64,000 bases of DNA from Phycisphaerae bacterium (lineage in GTDB: Bacteria; Planctomycetota; Phycisphaerae; UBA1845; Fen-1342), in NCBI GenBank assembly GCA_963675745.2, contig CAXXWX010000006.1:64001-128000 (forward strand), in the 5' to 3' direction. Below are positions 51,533 to 62,119 of this stretch, in pieces. The notes under the pieces are model-generated. The model was not told where the DNA came from. It searched no databases and saw only the letters and a program-made list of their open reading frames with translations. How positions within the stretch are numbered: position 1 is the stretch's first letter; every line of letters begins with the position of its first letter. Both the position numbers and the translations under genes were made by a program.

Positions 51533-54500
51533 CTATTGTCGCCGCGGGCGGCGAACGAACGCCACGGCCAGGCCGGCGAGCAGCAGCGCGACGACCGGCA
51601 ATGCACAGGGGCCGCTGGTCGGAGTGCTTCCGTCTGTTCCGCTGATGTCACTGCCATCACTGGTCCCATCGCCGGCGGCGTTGGGGTCGTTGGGATCGGC
51701 GGGGGCGTTCGGATCGTTCGGATCGCTCGGACTATTCGGGTCGTTCGGGTCGCCCGGTTGCACAGGCTGGGCCGCGAGCGTGCTGAATGACCACATGGGC
51801 CCGGCGTTGACGCCACGAGAATTCCGTGAGACCACGCGCCAATAGTAAGCCCGCCCCGACTCCAGGCCGGCAACTTCAACTTCCGTATCGGTCGTCGTTG
51901 TGATCAGGTCATCCTCGTTCGGAACCAGCTTGGTTGTCACGTAGACGTCATACTCATCCGCGATCGGCGATCCGACCCACGCGAGCTTCACCGGCAATTC
52001 CACGCCGCTCGCCAAATGGGCTGGATTCGGCGACGTGGGGGTGGATGGCCGCGCGAACGAGACCCGCTCTTTCTCGGTGATAACCACTACGGCGGCGGGG
52101 ATGCCCGTCGCGGACGCCTGGATGCGACCGTTGTTGTTGCGGTTGTCCGAGTCAGCCACCGCCTGGACACTGACATATTGGAAGACGTTGTAGGGCGTCT
52201 CGCCGTCGGCACGTGTGAAGGTGAGCGTCGTCGGCCCGAGCAGCTTGATGTCGGGGTCGCCGAGCAATTCGGCCACGCTTACCAGAACATCGCCTTCCGG
52301 CTCGCCGTTAAGTCGCACACCAAAGTCGACCGTCTCCCATTCACCAATCTCCAGCGTTGACGTTGATAATTCGAGCAGTAGCTGGTCGTTTTCGATTTCC
52401 GTGACGCGCAGATCCTGAAAGAGCCCCTGCTGGGTCGCGAAATTCACGCGGAACGTAGCGCTGCCGTCCACCCGATCGGCGTCCTCGAGCGCTGAAAACG
52501 TCACGGGCAGACCGCCGATCCAGTTAGTCTCGTCGAATGTCAGGACGTCACCCGACCGCACGCTTACGTCGCTATCACCTTCCAGACGCTCGATGCGAAC
52601 TTCCATCTCCTCGCCGTCGGGTGGCGGTGCGTTCAGCGAGACGAGCACTGAAACCTCGTCGCCTTCGGGCACGCGAATCTGCCCCGTGCTGGTGACGACC
52701 TTCAGTTCATCCTCGTCCTCATCGTAAACATCAACGGTCTTGGAAGCCTTGATGGCGGTCTCGGCGATTACCACGAACTCGGCGTGCCCGTCCAGAAAGT
52801 CCTGCGGGTCTTCGGCGGCTTCGACAATCACCTCGCGCGGCGTGTCCCAGTCGGAGATCGTAAACGTCAAGCGTGGATCGGAGATGATGTTGATGTTGTG
52901 GGCACCGCCCGTCTTGGCGAGCGTGACCTTGGTTGGTACGCAGGGCGGATTCGCCAATTGGACCGTAAACGTGCCTTGCTCTCCCTCCGCAAGGTCGATG
53001 CGCGTCGGTGAGACTTCCAGATCCACATCCGTATCGGCGGCCACCGCGTTGACGTCGGCCGAGGGACGATCAACGCCCGCGGGATAAGAAACGCGTATAA
53101 CGGCCTGCTCATCACATGCATCGGCGTCGGAATTGGCCGTCAGCGTCACCGTCTGTGGCACGGCCCAGTTATCCTGCGTAAACGTCAGAGTCGCCGGCGA
53201 CGGTGAGGTTATCGCAATGCCCGTGTCGCCCGACACGTGCTCGACCGCGAGCGACCACGCGGGATCGGTCGGCGGGGTAACGAGCTGAACCGAGAAGCTC
53301 GCGCTCGAGCCTTCGGGGATCACCACGTATTGTGGGCTGATCAACGGCGCCAGCGTGTCTCCAATTGCCATCGCACCGGTGATAACGATGGCGAATTCCT
53401 GCTTCCCTGCCCCCAGTTCGGACAGCTCCTCACCCTTGTGCGTGACCGTGATTTCAAACGCGTCGTCACCCGGATCCTCGACCAGGATCTGCTCCACATT
53501 GTCGACCGTATTGTCGCCCAACTCGGCCGGCGCCGACGGTGTCGTGGGATCCAGCCTCCATGGCTGGTACACCGCGCCGCTGGTCGTGGAACGCACGCGG
53601 ACGTCCAGGTCATTTACCAGCATTGCATCACGCGGGTTCAGCGAGGCCGCAACCGGCGTGCCCGGCAAATCGGTCCAGACCATGGTCACCTTCAGCGGCT
53701 CACCGACTTCACCCAGTGGCGGGGCCTTTGTGGTGGATGTCGCGGCGTACAGCGTGACACTGGCTGGTACGGCTTCGCCGCCACTTTCCGGGTCTTCAGG
53801 TTCGAGCGTCTGAAGCGAGACCGTCGCCGGCAGTAGTAGATCGCGGCTGATGACATCGACCGCTTTCTTGACGTTCATCAGCCCCCAGCCGTAGACGTAA
53901 TCGGGCCCCACGGAGGGGCCACATTCATCGGTGGTGTGGATCACGAGCGCCTTCAGCATCGCCGAGTTGAGGTCATCGGGCGTGTGCGTGTTTCCGTAGT
54001 GCTCGATGAGCAACCCCAGTGCGCCGGTCACCGATGGAGAGGACATGGACGTGCCGGAGTATTCGGCATAGGCCTTGGTGGAACCGGTCAGGGTGGAATA
54101 CGTGTCGACACCCTTGGCGACAACGTCGGGCTTTACGCGGCCGTCGTCGACCGGTCCCCACGACGAAAACGTGGATATTTCGACGCTTGCCGGACCGCCG
54201 TAGCCACCTTCAATCTCCTTGACGGCCCCGACGGACAGGCCGTTTTTGCAGGTGGCCTGGCCGTTTATGCAGTCATACCCCTCTTCGTTGCCGTCAGGGT
54301 TGCGATCCGCCGTGCTCTGGTCAAAAGTGAATGACGACGGATTGAACACGTAGTGGACGCCGCCCGCCGGCGGGCCGGTGTCCGTGCGATCGTTGCCAGC
54401 GGAAAAGACCGGCAGGTAGGACTTTCGATTGTAGCAGATCGTGTCCCAGCGCTGCGCCTCGATGTCGTAGAAGCCGAATTTGTAGTCTTCCTTGTCGCTG

Positions 54501-55156
54501 ATCGATGTGTCGCCATACCAGAACCAGATCTCTTCGAACCCGAAGCCGTAATCGACCTGAAAGCCGGCCGCCCGGCCGTATGAGTGGTTGGATGCGCGCA
54601 GGCCGGCGGCGGCGGCGGCGGCGGCCTCATTCATGTCGTTGTTGAAGTCGTAGGCGTTTACGGTCGCCGCGTACGACATGCCCCTGGCGCGCGAATCGAC
54701 ACCGGCGGCGATCATGGTTCCGGTTACGTGAGTTGCGTGATCATCCTCCCAGAACGGGTTATCCATCTGCACGACGCGGCCGCGCAGCTCCTGGTGCGCG
54801 TCGTTGACGCGCCCGCCGTCCCAGACGCCGAGCGTGACCCCCTCACCGGTCAGCGTCAGTCCCGCACCTCCGCCGGGCCAAACCTCGTCGGCGCTGATTG
54901 TGTCCGCCGCTCCCAGGTTGTGCGTGACGTAATACACCGGCCAGCCGTCCTCCACGCGCTGCAATTCCAGCACGCGTCCGTTCGGACCCACCGAGCGGAT
55001 CGGCCAGTCGTACTTCTGCGCCATGGCGATGGCGTCTTCCTGCTCGATGATCGTGACTTCGGCGGCGATGCCGGGGACCGCGAGCACGATGACAATCAGT
55101 GCCCGACACATAAGTCCGGTGCGAACACCCTTCGGTGACGAATCCATGCGCGACAT
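51533..55156 (-). CDS. Secreted S8 peptidase with Ig/Calx-like repeats, FN3 and C-terminal membrane anchor
   Basis: VWDGG, HATHVTG, GTSMSSP; four LTF...W/Y..P..V repeats; DPN linker; GPC-TM-RRPRR. Confidence 0.9.
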   Translation of the reverse strand: MSRMDSSPKGVRTGLMCRALIVIVLAVPGIAAEVTIIEQEDAIAMAQKYDWPIRSVGPNGRVLELQRVEDGWPVYYVTHNLGAADTISADEVWPGGGAGLTLTGEGVTLGVWDGGRVNDAHQELRGRVVQMDNPFWEDDHATHVTGTMIAAGVDSRARGMSYAATVNAYDFNNDMNEAAAAAAAGLRASNHSYGRAAGFQVDYGFGFEEIWFWYGDTSISDKEDYKFGFYDIEAQRWDTICYNRKSYLPVFSAGNDRTDTGPPAGGVHYVFNPSSFTFDQSTADRNPDGNEEGYDCINGQATCKNGLSVGAVKEIEGGYGGPASVEISTFSSWGPVDDGRVKPDVVAKGVDTYSTLTGSTKAYAEYSGTSMSSPSVTGALGLLIEHYGNTHTPDDLNSAMLKALVIHTTDECGPSVGPDYVYGWGLMNVKKAVDVISRDLLLPATVSLQTLEPEDPESGGEAVPASVTLYAATSTTKAPPLGEVGEPLKVTMVWTDLPGTPVAASLNPRDAMLVNDLDVRVRSTTSGAVYQPWRLDPTTPSAPAELGDNTVDNVEQILVEDPGDDAFEITVTHKGEELSELGAGKQEFAIVITGAMAIGDTLAPLISPQYVVIPEGSSASFSVQLVTPPTDPAWSLAVEHVSGDTGIAITSPSPATLTFTQDNWAVPQTVTLTANSDADACDEQAVIRVSYPAGVDRPSADVNAVAADTDVDLEVSPTRIDLAEGEQGTFTVQLANPPCVPTKVTLAKTGGAHNINIISDPRLTFTISDWDTPREVIVEAAEDPQDFLDGHAEFVVIAETAIKASKTVDVYDEDEDELKVVTSTGQIRVPEGDEVSVLVSLNAPPPDGEEMEVRIERLEGDSDVSVRSGDVLTFDETNWIGGLPVTFSALEDADRVDGSATFRVNFATQQGLFQDLRVTEIENDQLLLELSTSTLEIGEWETVDFGVRLNGEPEGDVLVSVAELLGDPDIKLLGPTTLTFTRADGETPYNVFQYVSVQAVADSDNRNNNGRIQASATGIPAAVVVITEKERVSFARPSTPTSPNPAHLASGVELPVKLAWVGSPIADEYDVYVTTKLVPNEDDLITTTTDTEVEVAGLESGRAYYWRVVSRNSRGVNAGPMWSFSTLAAQPVQPGDPNDPNSPSDPNDPNAPADPNDPNAAGDGTSDGSDISGTDGSTPTSGPCALPVVALLLAGLAVAFVRRPRRQ

Positions 55157-55490
55157 CGCAAACCTCCGCTATTCCCCGCGACTACCGGGTTACGCCAAGC
55201 GGCGTGCGACGATGGAACTGACCACCGTCAGGCGTCACCCGGCAACATATGGGCGGGAACCTGTTCATTCAGATCCGGCTACACTTCTCCCGCGTCACGC
55301 CCAGCGCGCAAAACGAAGCGCACTGGCGCAACACCAGCACACCCTGCCACTTCTGACGATGCGGCAGGTAGTCCACTGTGTATATGCTACCACCCCTGGC
55401 AAGATCGTCCAGTCGGCGAGCGGGTCGAGCGAACGACCGTATTGGCCCTGGGACTTTCGCCGACCGCGACGCGACGTATGATGGACCGCC

Positions 55491-56594
55491 ATGAGTGACA
55501 CACGCCGTCACTTCGTTTTCGCCGGTGGTGGTACCGGTGGCCACCTGATCCCGGGTATCACCGTCGCGCGCGCCGTGCGCCGACGACAGCCCGACGCGCC
55601 CGTAACATTCTTCACCACCAACCGCCCGCTCGACCGCCAACTGCTGGCGGAAGATGATTTCGACCAGGTCGTGCAACCGGTGCAACCCCTGACCACACGG
55701 CCGTGGCATTGGCCGGGGTTCTTGCGGGCGTGGCGGCATAGCGTGCGACAAGCACAGGAGTTTATCCGGACGCACAAGCCGCTGGCCGTGCTTGGCCTGG
55801 GCGGATATGCCGCTGGACCACCCGTTGTCGCCGCACACCGTCTCAACATGCGGCGTGCCATACTCAACCCCGATGCGATCCCCGGGCGTGCCAACCGCTA
55901 TCTCGCTTCCCGATCAGAACTTGTCTTCCTCCAGTGGGCGGACTCCGCCGGGCGATTTCCGAGCGGCACACGGTGTGAGAGCGTTGGTTGCCCGATCCGC
56001 GATGGTTTTGGGCACATCAGCCCAGACGCCGGTAGGCAGGCGTTTGGCCTGGACCTTGACCGTCCAGTGCTGCTGGCCACCGGGGCCTCGCAGGGGGCGA
56101 GGACGCTAAACCTTGCCATGCAAAGAGCTTGGCCCAAGCTCGTGGCCGGGCACCCGGAGTGGCAGCTACTGCATTTGACCGGTCCGGCGGATGAGAATGC
56201 CACGCGTGCGGCGTACCAGGCCGCCGGCGTCGGCGCTCATGTAGTGGCCTTCACGCACGAGATGCCGGCGGCACTGGCCGCCGCCGATGTCGTCGTGTCG
56301 CGCGCGGGGGCGTCAACGCTGGCCGAAATCAGCGCCGTCGGACGGGCGGCCGTGCTGCTGCCTTACCCCTATCACCGCGATCGCCATCAGCATGCCAACG
56401 CGGACGTGCTGGTCAAAGCCGGCGCCGCGGTTGTCGTTGAGGATCAACGCCTGCCCGAGTTGAACAGCGGGCCGCTGCTAGCCGCAATCGAACCGTTGCT
56501 GAATGCGCACCATCGATCCGCGATGGAATTGGCGTCGAGACACCTGGGACGTGCCGACGCGGCGGAGCGTGTGGCCGCCTGGTTGCTGAGCTAA
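55491..56594 (+). CDS. murG: MurG glycosyltransferase
   Basis: AGGGTGGH, GLGGYAA, PGRANR, GASQGA, SRAGAST, HQ.ANA. Confidence 0.9.
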   Translation: MSDTRRHFVFAGGGTGGHLIPGITVARAVRRRQPDAPVTFFTTNRPLDRQLLAEDDFDQVVQPVQPLTTRPWHWPGFLRAWRHSVRQAQEFIRTHKPLAVLGLGGYAAGPPVVAAHRLNMRRAILNPDAIPGRANRYLASRSELVFLQWADSAGRFPSGTRCESVGCPIRDGFGHISPDAGRQAFGLDLDRPVLLATGASQGARTLNLAMQRAWPKLVAGHPEWQLLHLTGPADENATRAAYQAAGVGAHVVAFTHEMPAALAAADVVVSRAGASTLAEISAVGRAAVLLPYPYHRDRHQHANADVLVKAGAAVVVEDQRLPELNSGPLLAAIEPLLNAHHRSAMELASRHLGRADAAERVAAWLLS

Positions 56595-56603
56595 CCGGAG
56601 GCC

Positions 56604-56665
56604 GGCAAACAGGCTGCCGGGACGCGCAACCGACAACGTGGTGCGATCCCGGCAGTCTGTTTGCC
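56604..56665. terminator. Long hairpin between convergent genes
   Basis: GGCAAACAGGCTGCCGGGA / TCCCGGCAGTCTGTTTGCC. Confidence 0.7.
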
Positions 56666-56684
56666 CGTTAGCCTGATGGCAGTT

Positions 56685-59600
56685 CTATTCGCTGGCCATC
56701 TGCGCGATGAACGCGTCGATGTCGCCGTTGTTCACCGCGCCATCTTCATTGCAGTCCGCGAGTTCAAAGTCACAGTCCGGATACGTGGCCGCGTAGGCCG
56801 TCGCGTCAGATATCGCGAGCACAAACGCATCGATGTCGCCGTTGTTGGCGACTCCATCACAGTTCAAATCGCCGAGATCGAAACCTGCATCGCACGGCCC
56901 CAAACCAGAGAAGTTCATCTCGACAAAATCGAGCGCGACACCGGCACCGTCAGAGAGCCCGACCGCCGCGTCCGGTGTGTCGATTCCCAGATAGCTGAGC
57001 ACAATCACGCCGTTGAAGAACATCTCGAACTGGAACGTGTTGCTGCTGGAAGTCGAATACTCGGGGACATTGGTGAATGTCACGACGAAGCGATCGCCGA
57101 ACTCCTCATAACTCACGGTGCCTCCCGCGTTGGGCGAGAGATCGTCAAAGAGCGCCGAGACTCGCGGCAGATCGTAGTGATCCGAGATGGACTCGGTGTA
57201 GTCGGTGTCGCTTTCGGTGAAAGTGAGATACCCGTTGGAACCGATGTATACGCCGCTGTAATCAACGCCATACAGGCTCACCGTTCCGGCGGTCAGCGTT
57301 ATGTACTCGGATGAGTCGTCGGATAGGGTGAGCGTTGTCGCGCCGGGCGCCGAAGGCAGCGCCAGGATGTCCGTGCAACAAGCATGGTAGAAGTCCACCG
57401 GATCGCCCGGCGTGAAGCGCATACTCAGATAACCCAGGTCCACCGGCTTGGTGTCGGTGAACAGCTCGGCAAAGAAATCGGGCACCTCGGGTGTATGGAA
57501 GGAATAGCAGGCTCCACCGTTGTCATCGATGCTGATGTTTCCGGCCTCGTCCTCGACCTGCATGATGTAATAGTAGGTGACGTTATCCATGAGGTCCGTA
57601 AGTGTGATGGTCGGCGTGGTTGTCAGCGATCCGCCGGTCGCCTGCTCGGTCAGGTCACCACAACTGAGGCCGTAGTGGACGGTGCCGAACGCGGGCTCAT
57701 CCGTGTCGCAGGTGAGCGTTGCCTCACGGGCTTGCACGTCCAGCGCCTGGACATTTGAGATCGCCGGCGGTATGCAGTCGATTGACGCCGTGGCAACCAC
57801 CGGCACGCCATACCCGCCCTGTCCGTTGTCATCGTCGATGTAGGTGGCGCTGAGCGTGTCAGCGGGCGAGACCTGTACGATCCCGGCGCCATCCACGTCG
57901 CTCAGCGTCACGGTGCCTTCAAACTGGGCCGTCGCCGGGCCGGTTTCGTAGAGCACGATATCTTCGCCGGCCGGTTCGGTATTGGAGGCGATGTTCACCG
58001 ACACGGACTCGACGGCGTCCGGGTTGGTATTAAGTCCACAGTCCGCCACGCGCACGATTGCGTCGATGTTGCACGCATAGATGTCACGGTCCAACCGGAT
58101 AGTCCCGGCATCCATGCACGTGACGCGCATGCGCAGGGCGGGATCGCCAAAGATGTGCCACGTGTCGAACATATCGACACCGCCGGAACCGTACTCGTCC
58201 ATCATCAGGCACGAACCGGCGTAGCAGAGCGCGCCATAGCTGATGTAGCTCTCGGCGACGAGCAGGTCGACAAACTCATCCTGGGCGGCCATGGGTGGTG
58301 CCCACGACTGGTTGATCGAGGACATATAGGCGGCGGCGGCGCCGGTCGGTTCTCCATTATTCGTCGCGCGCAGCCAGGCCTCGCCGAAGCAAGTCGGGCC
58401 GTCGAAGTCGCCGTTGACGCAGGCGACGCTGAAGATCACCGGCAACATGTTGTCGTTGACGAGGCCGTTGACATTGGTGGTGCTGAAGCCGGTGGTTGAC
58501 CACGACGTGGTGCTGCCGTGACCGACGTAGTTAACCAGCCCGCGGCCGGCATTAAGGGCGTTGGTGACGTCCGCGGACGAGGCGCTCGGGTCGTAAATCT
58601 GGTCGACCGGATCGTAGCCGTAGGCCAACAGATCGGCGCGGATGTTGTCCATGTGCTCCCAGTCGGCTTCGCCATCATCGCCGATTCCCGCCCCTTGGTC
58701 CGACGCGATGCCGGTGGCCCGCCAGAACCAATCCTGCGTAGGGGCCGGCATGGTCTCGTACTCGACGGTGCGCTCGACCTGCGTGTCAACGTGGGCGGCG
58801 GACTCCGCGGAGAAACGACCAACGATGATATCGGGGTAGTCGTCGCCGCCGGCGAGCTTGGCATATGTCGGGTCGGCGGCATCGCCGCCCGTCATTGCGG
58901 GTGCGACCTGCGTGTAATCACCCACCAGCAGCACAAATGCCAGATCGCTGGTGTTATACAGGTTCTGGATGTAGTTCTTGATCGAGGTCGAGTCGTTGCC
59001 GATCGTCGAGACGCCGACCAGCGTGGTGGGTATGCCGACGGCGTTGCGGTGATCGACGAGCGGTTGCACGTTTGCCAGCCACGCGTCATACGCGATGATC
59101 AGCATCTCGCCTTCTTCGTCGAGCGGCGTGTAGCGCAGCCCGGCGCCATAGTTCACGAAGTGGTGGCCATAGATCTGATGGAACGCCAAACTGAGCTTCT
59201 TCTGCCGCGTATCGGCTCGCGGCGCAATGAGGGCCGCGGTGCCGTCGGGCACCACTTCCAGCGTCAGATTTGTGTAGACCCGCAGCGTGCCGCGGACCGG
59301 GTTATACTGGAACGGGTGTACCTTGACGACGACGCCACGATGATCGCGCAGAACGTAAGGCTCACCCAGCGACGCAATGTCGCCCGGGAAGAACGCATCA
59401 GTCTTGTAGGCGGGGCCGAATGAGTACGGCACCGTTTGCGGATCGATTGTGCGGAGCAGGTTACCTTTGGACGGAGCGATGTCGGCGGCAATCTCGTAGT
59501 AGTCCGCCGCGAGAACATTCACGGCCACGTCGAACTCATCCGAGATTATTACGCTGCGATGCACCTGGGGCAGCGCGGGCGCTCCGGCCTGTAGCATAAC

Positions 59601-59840
59601 CGGCTCGCCGCTCAGCACCGGAGCACTGTATTTCGCGCCGTTGATCTCGATCGTCCTGGCGTTGAACTCGCCGAACGAGTATTCGAGCACGACGCGATCG
59701 GGCGAGTTTTCCAGCACTTGCAGATCAACGGCGGCGGGGGCTCCGCCCATGCCGGCTGTAACCGAGGTGCTGCCAATCAAAACCGCCAGACAGCTCAGCG
59801 CCGTGCCGATGTGCCCAACGTGTGTGCGACCGAATGCCAT
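56685..59840 (-). CDS. Gingipain-like C25 cysteine peptidase with dockerin-like C-terminus
   Basis: Propeptide IAPSKGNL.R, FVLLVGD, IIVGRFS, NYVGHGS (His), SVACVNG (Cys), FGDP. Confidence 0.9.
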   Translation of the reverse strand: MAFGRTHVGHIGTALSCLAVLIGSTSVTAGMGGAPAAVDLQVLENSPDRVVLEYSFGEFNARTIEINGAKYSAPVLSGEPVMLQAGAPALPQVHRSVIISDEFDVAVNVLAADYYEIAADIAPSKGNLLRTIDPQTVPYSFGPAYKTDAFFPGDIASLGEPYVLRDHRGVVVKVHPFQYNPVRGTLRVYTNLTLEVVPDGTAALIAPRADTRQKKLSLAFHQIYGHHFVNYGAGLRYTPLDEEGEMLIIAYDAWLANVQPLVDHRNAVGIPTTLVGVSTIGNDSTSIKNYIQNLYNTSDLAFVLLVGDYTQVAPAMTGGDAADPTYAKLAGGDDYPDIIVGRFSAESAAHVDTQVERTVEYETMPAPTQDWFWRATGIASDQGAGIGDDGEADWEHMDNIRADLLAYGYDPVDQIYDPSASSADVTNALNAGRGLVNYVGHGSTTSWSTTGFSTTNVNGLVNDNMLPVIFSVACVNGDFDGPTCFGEAWLRATNNGEPTGAAAAYMSSINQSWAPPMAAQDEFVDLLVAESYISYGALCYAGSCLMMDEYGSGGVDMFDTWHIFGDPALRMRVTCMDAGTIRLDRDIYACNIDAIVRVADCGLNTNPDAVESVSVNIASNTEPAGEDIVLYETGPATAQFEGTVTLSDVDGAGIVQVSPADTLSATYIDDDNGQGGYGVPVVATASIDCIPPAISNVQALDVQAREATLTCDTDEPAFGTVHYGLSCGDLTEQATGGSLTTTPTITLTDLMDNVTYYYIMQVEDEAGNISIDDNGGACYSFHTPEVPDFFAELFTDTKPVDLGYLSMRFTPGDPVDFYHACCTDILALPSAPGATTLTLSDDSSEYITLTAGTVSLYGVDYSGVYIGSNGYLTFTESDTDYTESISDHYDLPRVSALFDDLSPNAGGTVSYEEFGDRFVVTFTNVPEYSTSSSNTFQFEMFFNGVIVLSYLGIDTPDAAVGLSDGAGVALDFVEMNFSGLGPCDAGFDLGDLNCDGVANNGDIDAFVLAISDATAYAATYPDCDFELADCNEDGAVNNGDIDAFIAQMASE

Positions 59841-60304
59841 AACGCTGCCTCCTGATTTGGCGCCGAGCGCTGCTCGGCTGTTACAGTCCACGCGGCGTGG
59901 TCCCGTGTGCCCTGCGCATGAACATCATCCGGGATGACGGTCGACTCCGGCGACTCGCCATCGATTCTCTCAATCACCGCCACTGGAGGATCGATAGAGC
60001 AGCTTCTTCGGCCGCGCAGACCGCAGCAGCGCGCGCTGCGATGTGTACATAACGTCGGCCACCGATACGGGGGCGTTTACGCGCCGAGGCCGAGGCACGA
60101 CCCGGCACGGTTGGTGGGCCGAGTCGTACAGCGAGCAGATCCGTTTGCCCTCGCGCGTATGTGCCCTTGCACGCCGGTCTTGCGCGGCGTGTAACCTCCA
60201 GGTGATTTCCATATTAGCGGGGAGTTGGTATGTGTGTACACAGATAAATGGAGTATGGCGCGGAAGTCCTATAATGCTGCCGGCGCGTTTATCCACGGAG
60301 ACCC

Positions 60305-62116
60305 ATGGATAACCCTCGATCTGAACAGTTCGATACCGGAGCGATCGGGCGCGTTCGCCGGCACTGGTCAGGCACGTGGCGCGGCGGCCTCCTACTGTGC
60401 GCGGTCTGCCTGATCCTGCACTTGCCCGGCACGCTCGTCCTGCCGCCGATTGATCGCGACGAGTCTCGTTTCGCTGAAGCCACACGCCAAATGCTCATGT
60501 CGGACAGTTGGCGCGGGTACATCGTGCCGGTTGTCGAGGACACGCCGCGCCTCAACAAGCCGCCGCTGACGTACTGGCTGCAAGCGGCGTCGGTGCGGCT
60601 CGTCGGGGGAGGGCCGGACTTCGAGTCGGGCGCGTTGCCCACGGGTGGCATCGTGGCCTATCGGCTGCCCTCGCTTCTGGGGGCCCTGATCGCCGTGCTG
60701 CTCACCTGGCGGCTTGGGGTAGCGCTGTTCGCCGGCCCGGTCGGCTGGCTGGCAGGCGCCCTGCTGGCGTCCTGCACGCTGATCATGGTCGATGTGCGCC
60801 AGGCGCGCGCCGACGAGATTCTGCTCGCGTGTACGGTCGCGGCCCAGTTGTCACTGTGGCACATATGGCATCACCGTCGCCACCCGGGGCCCGCCACAAC
60901 GCGCTGGAGCCTGCTACTGTGGGTGGCGGTCGGCTTCGGAGTGTTGGCGAAGGGGCCGGTCACGCCGGCGGTTGTGGGATTGACTTGTCTGTGTTTGTGT
61001 TTGACGGCCGGGGAGTGGCGCTGGGTGTGGCGACTGCGGCCATCGGTTGGCGGCATCATCGTGCTGCTGATGGTTGGGCCGTGGGTATTGCTTGTGACCG
61101 GCGAGGTCGGGTGGGGCGAGTACTGGCGGCGGTCGATCGTGGACGAGATTCTGGGCCGCAGCGTGGTGGCCCGGGAGAGCCATTGGGGGCCGCCGGGATA
61201 TTACGTTGCCCTGCTGCCGATCATGCTGTGGCCCGGCTCGCTCGCGCTGGTGCCCGCCGCGTGCCTCGCCTGCCGCCGGGGCCTGCGTTTTGGCCGGCCG
61301 CCTGGTACATCGGTGGCAACGGCGTGGCGCCGCTTGTGGCGCTTACGCTCCGGCCGCGACGCGGAGTGTTTCTGCGTCGCATGGGTCATTCCGACGTGGC
61401 TGTTGTTCGAGATTGTCAGCACGAAACTGCCACACTATGCACTGCCGGTCTATCCCGCCCTCGTGCTGTTGTGTGCCCGTGCGCTATGCGCTCGGCGAGC
61501 GATCTGGACCGGTTTTCTGGGCACGCGGGCTGGGCGCGTGGCGGTTGGGGGCTGGGTCGTCCTGAGTTTCGGGATGGCACTGCTTTTGCCGTTGGTGATG
61601 GCGAGTTGTCTGCGCACGGAGCCCGGGCTGCCCGCGATTGGCGCCATCATCATCATTCTGCCGGCGATCGTCGCTTTGCTCGTGGTGGTCGTGCGGAGCG
61701 CGCGCCGGCAGCAGTTCCTCCGCGCACAGTTGTACAGCATTGTGCTGGCCGCCGTGGCGCTTGGCGGCACGTTTCAATTCACGTTGCCAGCGGCCCGCGC
61801 ACTCTGGCTCAGTTCGCGGATGTGGCGTGAAATCACGGTTATTGACGAGGACGTACAACGCCCGTTGGCGGCGGCGGACTACCACGAAGACAGCCTGGTG
61901 TTTCTGTCACGAGGGCGTGTTGCGCGAATAAGCTGGTGGGAACTGCCGGACTGGCTTGCCGGCCACCCGAACGGGTTGGCGGTCACTGAGCGAAAGCCCT
62001 ATCTGGCGATCCCGGGAGTTCGCGAACTGGTGAGCATTCGCGGGCTCAACTACTCCAACGGTCGCTGGCAGGAACTGGTGCTGATCGAGGCCGACCGCCA
62101 GTCAGTTTCACCATAA
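60305..62116 (+). CDS. ArnT/PMT (GT39/83) glycosyltransferase
   Basis: DRDESRFAEA.RQM, R.NKPP.TYW, LAKGPV, TKLPHY.LP. Confidence 0.9.
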   Translation: MDNPRSEQFDTGAIGRVRRHWSGTWRGGLLLCAVCLILHLPGTLVLPPIDRDESRFAEATRQMLMSDSWRGYIVPVVEDTPRLNKPPLTYWLQAASVRLVGGGPDFESGALPTGGIVAYRLPSLLGALIAVLLTWRLGVALFAGPVGWLAGALLASCTLIMVDVRQARADEILLACTVAAQLSLWHIWHHRRHPGPATTRWSLLLWVAVGFGVLAKGPVTPAVVGLTCLCLCLTAGEWRWVWRLRPSVGGIIVLLMVGPWVLLVTGEVGWGEYWRRSIVDEILGRSVVARESHWGPPGYYVALLPIMLWPGSLALVPAACLACRRGLRFGRPPGTSVATAWRRLWRLRSGRDAECFCVAWVIPTWLLFEIVSTKLPHYALPVYPALVLLCARALCARRAIWTGFLGTRAGRVAVGGWVVLSFGMALLLPLVMASCLRTEPGLPAIGAIIIILPAIVALLVVVVRSARRQQFLRAQLYSIVLAAVALGGTFQFTLPAARALWLSSRMWREITVIDEDVQRPLAAADYHEDSLVFLSRGRVARISWWELPDWLAGHPNGLAVTERKPYLAIPGVRELVSIRGLNYSNGRWQELVLIEADRQSVSP

Positions 62117-62119
62117 CGC

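Noticed and set aside
60130..60170. c-di-GMP-I riboswitch (GGGCAAAC on minus strand) upstream of the C25 gene
   Set aside because: No GNRA tetraloop stem or GCAAAG/receptor elements follow
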